From contig OZ076409.1 in the NCBI GenBank assembly GCA_964187785.1, forward strand, positions 40,736,001 to 40,800,000: a stretch of 64,000 nt of DNA, read 5' to 3'. A model generated the notes under the pieces. The model saw only the letters and a list, made by a program, of their open reading frames with translations. It was not told where the DNA came from and searched no databases. The stretch's first letter is position 1. Every line of letters begins with the position of its first letter. A program made the position numbers and the translations under genes. This stretch comes from Amphiscolops sp. MND2022 (lineage: Eukaryota). Shown piece after piece: positions 38,901 to 49,560 of the stretch.

Positions 38901-40140
38901 GAACCTCGACCATCTCTTTAACCTCGACTGTGATTTCGTCCTCAAATGAGCACTGAGATATTTTTAGCAATCAATTAGGAATAATGGAACACGAAAAACA
39001 TAGAAAAACGAAAAATTGTATTTCTTTCTGACAATCTATTAGACTAATCGGAGTGAGGCGCTAATTGTGTACATATAATTTTTCCAACCCACCGGCAAAA
39101 ACGTTACTGGGAAAAAGTGAGAATTACCAAAAAACAGATTTCAAAAAATGGTTTTTCTCAATAACTGAGCAACTATTTGCTAAGTTACTGCCCCACTCTA
39201 GTAACACAGCAGGCCACCACTGAAAATGAATCTAGAAGTGTTTTCAAAAAAAGCTTCAGTTATGAGTTCAACCAGCATTCGCAAGGCCTGTTTCCGCTCT
39301 CACACCAATAAGTGGCGCCAACTCCCAGTCTATTCGGTGTGCCTTTGAAAGCTTAGGTAAAAAGCTTTAGGGAACAGAAATCCGATTTGAGCTGCGGTTA
39401 TTGTTCATGGTGAAATGAAGCTTTAAAAAAATTAGCAAAATTTTCGACAGTTTTTTAACTTCTATGTGTACTGTCGAGGTTGACGAAACGCATTTTACTT
39501 CGTATATAATAGTTCGGATATAGCTTGCTGGGCCATTGAGAAAACCTAATTTTCACACGAAAAACGGTCGTTTCAAAAAATCTCACAATCCAAAAAAAAA
39601 CGTAAAAAGGAGGACCATTTGTGCTTTCTAACCATCCAATTTGCTTCAAAATATCAATAAATTGAAGGGGGATCACTTGCAGACATAAACAAATGTTTGA
39701 AAAGAAGTCTCAGAGTGCCAGAAAAAACAAAAGGGCGCCCTTTAGTCTCGTCCGATATTGATGTTCCGCTGAAATAATTGAAAAGTGTCCGTTTGCACTA
39801 ACTTAGATGTATTGTTGCTGGCTGTTCCATTGGTTTTGCTAGTTTCTGTAGGAAGTATCTACTACGGATGCATACAATCTGTTATCTGAAGGAAAAATAA
39901 GAAACAAACTTGCCACTGTAATAGTCGCGCTCGTTTTGTTGAAATGCGTCGACTTAGAACAATTGACCAAGTGGCTCGGCAAATAACTTCAGTTACAAGA
40001 GATAATTCCGAGATACTGTGTTGGCAAATAAATAAGTTTTGTTTTTATGAATATTTGTGAAAACTTTCCAAATGTTTTATCAAGCACATCTTTCGCGAGC
40101 CTTGCGCAATAGCAACTTATTCAGCATCTGAGCTACACCA

Positions 40141-40270
40141 TCCTATTCAATTTCTCACTATAGATAACATAGACGCTATAATGCTTATAAGGGTTGTAAG
40201 ATGTATATAGCTTACAACCCTTATAGGCTTCATAGCGTCTATGTTTTCTATAGTGAGAAATTGAATAAGA
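40141..40270. repeat. Imperfect palindrome (~60-bp arms)
   Basis: tattcaatttctcactataga...ttataagggttgtaag / cttacaacccttatag...tctatagtgagaaattgaata. Confidence 0.9.
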
Positions 40271-41787
40271 CGCTGTAAAATTTCTAAACGACACTTTACA
40301 TGAAAAATTGTAGAGTTTCTATTTTAACTATTTTTCAGTTTGACAATAATCTCTTCTTCTTCTTCTTCACTTTTTAGACAATGACTTTTTCATGTCATTA
40401 CTATCGGTCTTGGATACTCATGGATGCTTTATTATTCTATTCTCTGCCATGGTTTTTTCTCAAGTGACTTTCATACAAGTCTACCGATGTGAAAATCCAA
40501 TCAAGAATCTAAACATTTAGTTCTCACCCTACACTAGTAGAAACGTCTGGAACTTTTTAAATGCTGCAGGCCTGCATGAAGGGTAATTGGTAAATAAACC
40601 CTACGCTCCTGGTCGTAAACCTTGTAGATTACACTGCAGTTTTTCAATATTGAAAATAAAACCGAATGTAACGGCATCCTGCGATCAGCGAATTTTTGAC
40701 AATTTTTGAAAATTTCGTTCAAATCTGACGTGGCATCCTGAGCCTGTTTTGGCGAAGTACCTGTCAGAAAAAGTGAAGGAATATGGTCAAAAAACCGTCC
40801 CACAAGAGAGAACGAGGCGACAGAGAGTGCAGACAGTAGTAAAAAGAGCCAAAATCCCGCATAATGTTGCAGTGTTTGCCCACAGAATCCTGTATTTTAC
40901 GGTGCCGAACCCAGAGTTCTGATGACAGCTTAAAGAGTTTACCCGTGCAGGGGTTCTGCCCAGCTCCAGCGCTGGTGCCACAGTGACCCATTATCCACAG
41001 CTTTCGCCGAATTGGACTCTATTATCATAATTTTTGAGGTATTTGTATTTAGATTGTAATACGCTCAAGGGCTTTTGTCATTTATTCATGTTTGCATTTA
41101 CCCAGATTCCCACTTGATGAAATTCAGTTATCAACAACCCAACAATTGTTTTTTACCTATCTACGCGATGGTTGCAAATCCCAGTGCAAGTCCCGTGGTT
41201 CTTAGCAGTAACAGACTGGTATCAGGCCAGAGAGCATCCCTTAAGACGGTTCCCCCTCTTCGTGACCGGCAACCCTTAGGAGGCAAAATGAGCTAATGTT
41301 ATGGTGATTGCCAGTGGTCCCGAATCTCAATCCATGGCATTAGTTCCTGCATTCTATTGGTACGTCACAAACGCTCAGCGCTTGCCGTTACAGAAAAATA
41401 CTTCCCCTTTCGTTACGGACACAATCACGTTATTATCTCACTCTGATTTCTAAAGGTTGATTCCAATCGCATATATGAACAGATCCTCTGATATATCAAA
41501 TTTAATTTTTTCATCTTTTTGGCCCACTGTATGTTTGAGGTTTCGAACAAATCCTCGAATTTTGTCGAATAGTTTTTCCCGATCCTAATATTCTCCACAG
41601 CTTGCAAATTCACCGAAGCAGTTTCAGATTTTTCATCTGTTAGAGCCAATATGATCTGATCAAAAAACTTCAGGAAATTCTATGAATTTATGCAGCACTA
41701 CGCTATGGAGAAAACAAAGCAAACGTACCTGACACGCGTCGTGTATTTAGACTGATCAGAAAACCTAGTGTCTAAATCAGCTGGGTT

Positions 41788-43045
41788 AGTATTTTATGCG
41801 GCTGCGACAGTTGTAACAGATTTAAAGAGCTGGTTGAATACACTCATTTTTCATATGAGCACGCAGAGACCGACCCCGTAGGCTAGAATCGCTTAGCAAA
41901 ATCAGGATTTCTGGCGAAATTGTTGCTTAGGAATTGCTTCAAAAGGCTGATCTGTACGGAATCCGAACTATCAACCCAAGATCGAATCTTTCTAAGATTT
42001 CAAAAGTTCGATTTCAAATTGTCGATGAAAAGTTTCAAAAATTGTCACATTCGTATTACAATTCTGTTGCCCGGTCTTTACGCGATTTCTGGGTTGCCCT
42101 GGGTTGTCAGCACGGGAAGATCTAAAGTAGTAAGATCTAAAAAATTGGCATGCTTTCAAGGGAAATAAGATCTAAAACTTTAGATCATATTACCTTTGAT
42201 CCCTATTCCTAAGAAGGAGGAATATGGTCTAAATGCTGTGATTTTTAGATCTTATTCCCTTTAGACCTTATTACCGTCCTGAAATTTTAGATCATATTGC
42301 AGTGTCTTTATATTGTCTTTCTGGGGAATTTTAGATCTTATTCTATGTATACTCCTGTGGCTTCGGTTCTCAATTCAGTGGTTTTAGATCTTATTCCTGT
42401 AATTTTTAGATGTTAGATTTTATTATCGTGATAACAAAAAATTATTTCATTTGTTTTTGATGTACATACGTTATTCTAATGATTGAAAAGATTCTTGTAT
42501 TCTATAGTTTTGAGTAAGTTTTGGATTTTCAATAGCTTTTAATTTGAAGTTTTTCTGATGCTGCTTCTTTTCTCGATATTAAGCAGTTTGTAGCAAATTT
42601 TTCTTGCCACCTTGGGCTTCTTAGTAAGATTTTTCTTGCCATCTTGGGCTTCTTTTTAAGATTTTTCTTGGATACATGCCTGTCTTGGTAAAATCGTACC
42701 ATGGCAAAATGAATACCATGGCAAGATTTTGACAAGATCTTAGCCAAGATTGTTCCAAGATCTTGCCAAGATCTTACTAAGATATCCATAGAGGGTCAAC
42801 CCGGGTTAGAAATTGCTTAAATTTTGAGCATTTATAGCCTACGTTGCTTATAGCGTGTTCCTTATAAAAATATGATTGTAACTAACTTCAGTTAGTCCAA
42901 GTTATTCCAAGTAATTCAAACGGCAACAGAGTTGAAGAGCTGGTTGAACAACTAATTTCAGTCCAAGATAGACTAGTCTAACTCGACTGAAGCTAGTTAT
43001 TCAACCAGCTCTTCAGTTACAACTGTCGCAGTCGCACGAAATACT
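41788..43045. mobile_element. Composite TIR-bounded region with nested AGATCT-rich MITE fragments and palindromes
   Basis: agtattttatgcggctgcgacagttgtaac (41788) is inverted at 43016-43045. Internal tagatctt repeats at 42118-42420. Right end of the 2008-3041 family at 42530-42805. Palindrome 42933-43015, with an adjacent palindrome at 43044-43133. Confidence 0.6.
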
Positions 43046-43966
43046 TATATGCAACCGAAGATTCAATCGTGGTCATATCGTTTGGCTATATATATCCAAT
43101 GGTATATGACCAAATCTTTGGTTTCCATATAAGTTTGAACATATATTTTTCAACATTGACGCTTCGACAAGCTCCTTGAACAAATGTATATGCACGACAA
43201 CGCAATTTAGTTTGACAACGGTGAAAAACGCCAGATAACGCTTCCGAAGAGAATCGTTTTCTACATTAAAAGAACAAATGGACCATGTTTATTATCCCCA
43301 TAACAACTAAAAAACAATGTTCAAATGTTACTATGTCGACATAATCCCATCTTTTACATTGACAGCCAGTTAAAAGTTGCTCATTAGATTTTGTGATGCT
43401 TATAAAAAATAAGTTTTATGAATAAAATACAACTTTTATAAGTTGCTCATAATACTTTCACACAATAAATGGACCAGGGTTATTATTCCCCTAAGCTGGC
43501 GCAGGAAGAATCAGGAAACAACGTTCAAATGTCACTATGTCGATGCAATCCCATCTTTTGACATTGACTGTCAGTTTAACGTTGCTCATTGGATTTTGTA
43601 GCGAAAAAAATTACGTTAAATGAATGGCCTTTGGAGACAATTTTAGCTTAGACTTTTTAATCAACTATTTTCAATTTCGAGAATGTATTCACTACTAATT
43701 AAGTTTTGACAAATTCTTGAGTATGTCTCAGGATCTGTACATATCTTTACAGATTCGCAGGGAGTCACGGCCAACAGGGAGGGAGTCAACAGAGCAGGGA
43801 GTCACGCTCAACATGGGTTCCCAGAGTTCGACATCTTGAATATCTTGCCAAGATCTTTCAAGATCTTGCCAAGATCTTGCAAGTTCTGGGAAGAACTTCG
43901 AAGAAATCCAAGATAGAATCCAAGATCTTGTCAAGATATCCAAAATGAAATCCAAGATCTTGTCAA

Positions 43967-45322
43967 TGTCAAATTCGGTTCATACCGGCTTGACCTCTAC
44001 CGAATATTTGGTTAACAACAGTCTAGAGACTAGTTGTTTACAAACAAACTCAAAATAGACCTTCATACTATAATAACATTTATACAATTTTGTTGTTGCA
44101 ATACAGTTATACAATATAGATATATCGATTTTAATGCTACTCTTTTATCTAAGTTTTAGTCCCTTAGAATAGAACATGGCGCAGTCAGCCAATTTTTAAA
44201 CAATTGAAACTAATCTCTTATTACAAAACACAAAATCGCAGAAAAAATATAGTCCCAAGCCTCGAAGCAAGAGCCACTGATGGAAATCCGGTATATACAC
44301 CGAGACAGTGGCTTGAGAGATTCCGGCAGTTTTGCGAGAGGGAACATAAAATAGACATCGCACCATCACTGAAAGGTGAAGAAATAACAGAGACCGGGTG
44401 GACTGGAAAGGAAGAAGCAAAACAAGAAGACTTCTTTTGGAGAGTGGGACCGGAAGCATTTTCCAAATAAATTTCTTCTGGGCAAAACAGACCGAAAAAG
44501 AAACGCCAGATGAATTTTGGAGACGGTTAATTGAAAGCGAAAAGAATGCAATTTCAATGCAATTTCGGCTGAAGAATTGCTGATATCAAAGTTTATGACC
44601 GCAATTACCGATAAAAAATTACGGGATAATATAATGAAATAAAAGTCTTTGGAGGTGAAAAAAATCGAATTGATCAAACAGAACACATATGAAAAGAAAA
44701 ACAAACAGAATACAATACCGGAAGCTTTGATATCGACAAAACAAAAACACATAATAAAGGAAGAACCGATACAACGAATGGAACAACCATATCGTAATGG
44801 CTAAGACAAAATCAGAGGAAAAACTCCCCACCCAAGGCCAAAAGTCTCCGAAGAAGAAAAATTCGGTTAGATATTCATTCAAATTTGTTGAGAAAAACTA
44901 TAACAAAATATCGTTAGAAGGGAGATTTCAAAATAATCGGGTGTAATGAATGTTATGTATACAGGAAGCTCGTAGAACAGTTGTAAAGGAACGATTCTAC
45001 CAGAGAAGGTTCAGAAGCCAGCAGATTTCCTTCCCGAGGAATGCACATCCCCAGGACCGTCAACACAAAATTAAGAAGAGGGAGGGGAAATGGCATGTTC
45101 AGTTCATACCGGCTTGACCTCGGTTAACAACAACCTAGAGACTAGGAGTTGTTTTCAAACAAACTCAAAGTAGACATTCATACTATACTTACATTTATAC
45201 TTTTATATTTATATACATAAATATACATTTATATTTTGTTGTTGCAATACAGTTATACAATATAGATATATCGATTTCAATGCTACGCTTTTATCTCAGT
45301 TTTAGTCCCTTAGATTAAAACA
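43967..45322 (+). mobile_element. Internally deleted non-autonomous Gypsy (TRIM-like) element
   Basis: LTRs 43967-44176 and 45091-45322 (TG..CA). TSD gtcaa/gtcaa. PBS TGGCGCAGTCAGC at 44177 (tRNA-Ser-like). PPT aagaagagggaggggaaa at 45073-45090. Gag remnant PRQWLERFRQFCEREHKIDI...FFWAKQTEKETPDEFWRRLI. No pol. Confidence 0.92.
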
Positions 45323-45382
45323 GTCAAAATATCCAATATGAAATCCAAGATCTTGCCAAGAAATCCAACATAGATCCCGAGA

Positions 45383-45827
45383 CTATATTGTCGAACATGT
45401 AGTTCTTCTGCAAGCAACGCTTCCAGAAACTGAACAACGTCCTTATTCTGATGTGGAGGTTCTTTGCTGATGTGTAGTTATATAACACACGCGACAGGAT
45501 TCACGGCAAGAACGTTGCCTCCATCGAGTCCCAAAAATATCAATAGCAAGTCAAAACCAAACAACACAAAGTAAAACATACGGAACAGAAGTGTCCCGTC
45601 TCGGAAATGTTCGAGAAAGCAATACTTGTATCCAGAAAAAGAGACACCTAAATCTGAAACTACACCAAGTGACGGTTTAGGAAACTGAACAAGAAAATGT
45701 CAATAAACTATTTGTCGAACATGTAGTTCTTCTGCAAGCAACGCTTCCAGAAACTGAACAATGTCCTTACTCTGAGATGGAGGCTCTCTGCTGATGTGGA
45801 TTTATATTACACACGTGACAGGACTCA
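45383..45827. repeat. ~115-bp direct repeat pair (45389-45496 and 45713-45820), possible mini-LTR element
   Basis: tgtcgaacatgtagttcttctgcaagcaacgcttccagaaactgaacaa...acacg(c/t)gaca occurs twice. No clean TSD or PBS. Confidence 0.7.
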
Positions 45828-46288
45828 AGATATTCAAGATCGAAAATACCAAGATTTCCAAGTTGCAGGATCTTGTCAAGATGTCCTATCCAAGATCTTA
45901 CCAAGAAATTCAAGATGTCAAGACAATATCTTTCCATGATATTCAAGAATTCAAGATTTTTCTAAGATCTCGGCAAGATATTCAAGATGTTGAACGCTGG
46001 TTGTTCCAGGCGTGAAATGGTGCTATTTTGATCCAAAAGTATTTTGAATATCAGAATATTTTTGCTAGACGTTTCAAAACAGCTGTTGAGTCAATCCTCT
46101 GAGTATTTATGACCATATCAATTTCTTTGAATTTCGAATAACTTTTTCATGGAAAAAGGGGTGCATGTGGAAGAAATAAGGTGTACATGAGGTACTTCCA
46201 TTATCGTCGTCTCCGCACGATCAATAATAGGTCTGGGAAACCGTTAATAATTTAGATAGAAAGCATCCTCAAAGTTAAAGTGGTAGAT

Positions 46289-48662
46289 TGTTACGACTTA
46301 TATCCTGGTCGTTTTGCGTTGAACTTATCCTAACTGATCTAGTAGGGGTGTAGAAGCTCCTAGTTTCATTTTCCTCTCCCTCTGCAACGTTCTCTCTAAC
46401 ATTCTAACATTCTCTCTTGTTTCAGGTTTCAAGAGTTTCATCATTTCCTTTTGGGATTCAATTAAGAGATTCTTAATCTCGGAGGTAATTTCCTCCTTCA
46501 AGGATGCTCTCAAACTTTCTAGAAGGCTATTTTCAATCCTCGGGGATTTTGGTTTTGAAGGCCCCGCGGTACTAACGTCTTGTTCTGAAAAACAAGGATC
46601 TTCTCCTACTACTGGAGAAACGAAACCATCACTTACATTTTCGCTATTTTCCTGTTGGATGTTCTTTCTCTTCTGACTTCGAGTTGTAGACATTTCGATG
46701 AAGAAAAGATTTTCTGATAGTTTGAATTTCTTTTCAAGGTTTTCAACAAAGTTGAGTTAGAACGAGGTTGAGACAAACGAGTTTAAAGCAACTGATTATC
46801 ACAAGAGGCAAAAGACTGAGTTTCTTAATCGTCAAATTTCACCGTATTTATACCCTCCCAGCATCATTTGATCACAACTACAATCCCTAATTTTCTTCGA
46901 ACAATTAGTCATTTCCTGTTTTATCGATGAAAAAATCACGAAGTTCCCAAATTTGCGTCGAAATTTCGTCAAATTTTAAGACACGGCAAATTTAATCTAG
47001 CATTAGTCATCAAACATGATCATATCATTTCATCCCGGCGTCCTTTTGTTTCCCCCCGAGCAGGAAGTAGATATTACTTCAGTCTGTCAAACCGGAAACA
47101 ATTCCCTGTTTTGCTGCTTCGGTTCGCGGGAAATTGACGCTGAGATGACGCTGACGTGAACAACAAATACCTGATTTTGAAATTGGGTTTGATCAAAATG
47201 CTATGACTTATTCCAAAGCAGTATTATTTAAACGAAGCTAGGACGATATTTTATGAATTTGGACTCATTCTTTTCGTTAGGAATAGAATTAACAAACATG
47301 GTATTGAAACAATACACCATTAACAAATTTGGCATGTCGTGACAAGTGCGACAAATTTCACAAAAGCAACAGTAACATCTGTTTGATAGCAACGGCAACG
47401 TAAAGGGTTTAATGAATATCAGCAATGAACTGGTATAGAAATATGATCACAATCATAATTATAGAATAGCGTCTGAAATCATCAAGTACAAAAATGCAAA
47501 ATATACCAAAATACATCTTCTGTACAAAATGCACTTTAATTGATGCCGTAAACTGTGACTTCTTGATTATTCTACTATGAAATCTCGTAATAAAAGTGGC
47601 TTATGCAAGAAAACTCCCTTATTGTTAAAAATACATGACGGTTAATTGACGTGAATTTGAACTATCCTATGCGCGTCAAACACGCCTTAAGTCAGAGCTT
47701 TAAATTGTGGAAATATTAGCAATACGCTTGTTTTACAATTTGAAATAGTCTGCAATTATCTTTCCCTAGGAAATAACGGCCTTAGTGCGATGATAAAACT
47801 TGACTGGTTTAGTGAATTCATTCATTTTGTCCGATTTCATAAACTTGTCAACGTCATGTTGACGCGTTTTCTTGGCAGAATTTTGAGCTTCATAAACTTG
47901 TCAACGTCATGTTGACGAGTTTTCTTGGCAGAGTAGAGATTTTGACTATTTAGACGTAATGGTGGCGAGTATTTTAGGAATGAGTCCCTCGCTAGCTGCC
48001 GGAGCAGTGACGTCACAATGGCGGTAAATTGGAATTATTTCTAGTAATGTTATTAGTATAGGCGGATAATTGGAATGATTTTCTGGTACGCATATGCGAG
48101 GCAGTGACGTCAAATGGTATACCTTCAAGCTTGTCTACTGTCGGCAAATATACAAATATTCTTTTTTTCTCTGTTGCCTAGTTTACTCAGCGTAATATTG
48201 ACGTCCTAAATCACATTAATTGTCATTCAAAGCGTAGTTAAACTGCCTTTCTAAGAAAAGGCTTAAATCCTTCGGCGTGCCATCTCAATGTATTTTTCAT
48301 TTTAGATCTGATTGATGTTCTTTTGGGAGATGACTTTGACTATGTTTTCATTTAGATTAAGCTATGGTTTCATTATTTCGAAGCGTGTTTCAATTTAGTT
48401 TTCAGGTGGCGAATGTTATTGACTTGACGTGACAAAAACGTCTCAACCGGAAATTTGCGAATCATTTTGGCATATTCATTCTTTGTAACTAGTTTCATTT
48501 GAAAATTCCGTTGATCAAACGTATTTTTGTTTTCCTAGTCACAGTTTATTTGTTAGTTTTAATAGTTAAAGTAAGCTTTTGCGAACCTCGCAGTGCAGCC
48601 GTGGCCTCTCCCGAAGCCGACTCTTAAACACCCACAACCCAGTCCGGGAGCGGACTGTGACA
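46289..48662 (-). mobile_element. Complete long solo LTR (family A, 2374 bp) with an internal gag-like ORF
   Basis: TGTCACAGTCCGCTCCCGGA...GATATAAGTCGTAACA with a perfect 5-bp TSD tagat (46284-46288 and 48663-48667). ORF MSTTRSQKRK... starts at 46693. Confidence 0.92.
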
Positions 48663-49560
48663 TAGATGACATAAAACTGCTAAAGTTGTCAGTTGGGGGG
48701 GGTAATAAGAAATGTGGTTGGGATAAATGGTGTTTTGGGCAATATAACCACGCCATGGTCTTTATCAGACTATATGTTTGGTTAAATATGTTGACGTATC
48801 ATCAGAACAGAGTGTAAACAATCCCTGTTAGTATATTTGCAGACTTGAAGGGATGTCGTCTTTTGTTTCAATATATAGTGGTGTTTTACAGAACCAAAAT
48901 ATATCCTACTTGAAATTGCAGGAAAATACTTCATGCTGTATGTTTTCACTGTATTTTTTTTTGAAAATCTCAACTGTATCAAGCATGCCATTGCTTTAGA
49001 AACTTGTAATTTTCTTCTCATTTTCAGCCTATATTTTCATAGCAGCGTTGTTTTCTACTTTTTAACCCAACTATAAAGGAGAGTCCGTCTACAAAAATTT
49101 AGGTTCGTGACATATTTGTGGAGATATTTATATTTTTCTAAAAAGTGACAAAATTTTAAAGTGTCCCGGGAACTGTCAAACTTTTCAAATGTTTGAAAGT
49201 CTCCATTTTTGTGAATACGCTGTTTAGTTATCATACACCCTAAGTGCACGAAAGATATACACCACCATTGCCAACCATACTCAAAATCCAACACAACAAT
49301 GTGCACTGTGTATTCAGCTAATATGTGTTTGGAAAAAAATCTTACACAGTGCAGCCTCATTTTTTTGAAATAAACAGTGCCGGAAAAGTTTTAACTAAAA
49401 AGTCTTTACCGATCTGAAACCTAATTTATGTGCACGTGTGCACAAGATCTAACAAAATGGCAAATTGAAGAAAGTACTTCCATTATCGTCGTCTCCGCAA
49501 GATCAACAATAGGTCTGGAATACCGTTAATAATTTCGATAGAAAACATCCTCAATGTTAA

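Larger units (their letters stand above)
43820..46001. mobile_element. TIR MITE with CAAGAT repeats, host of nested insertions
   Basis: ccagagttcgacatcttgaatatcttgccaagatctt (43821) versus aagatctcggcaagatattcaagatgttgaacgctgg (to 46000). Confidence 0.8.

Noticed and set aside
40534..41649. Fragmentary minus-strand frames that look like decayed coding sequence (WIMGHCG reminiscent of RNase H)
   Set aside because: The motif is too short and lacks the downstream GNE.AD. No assignment is supportable without a search.
47837..47932. Short tandem duplications (also 5357-5419, 16397-16447, 55462-55500)
   Set aside because: Ordinary slippage-type duplications with no sign of function.
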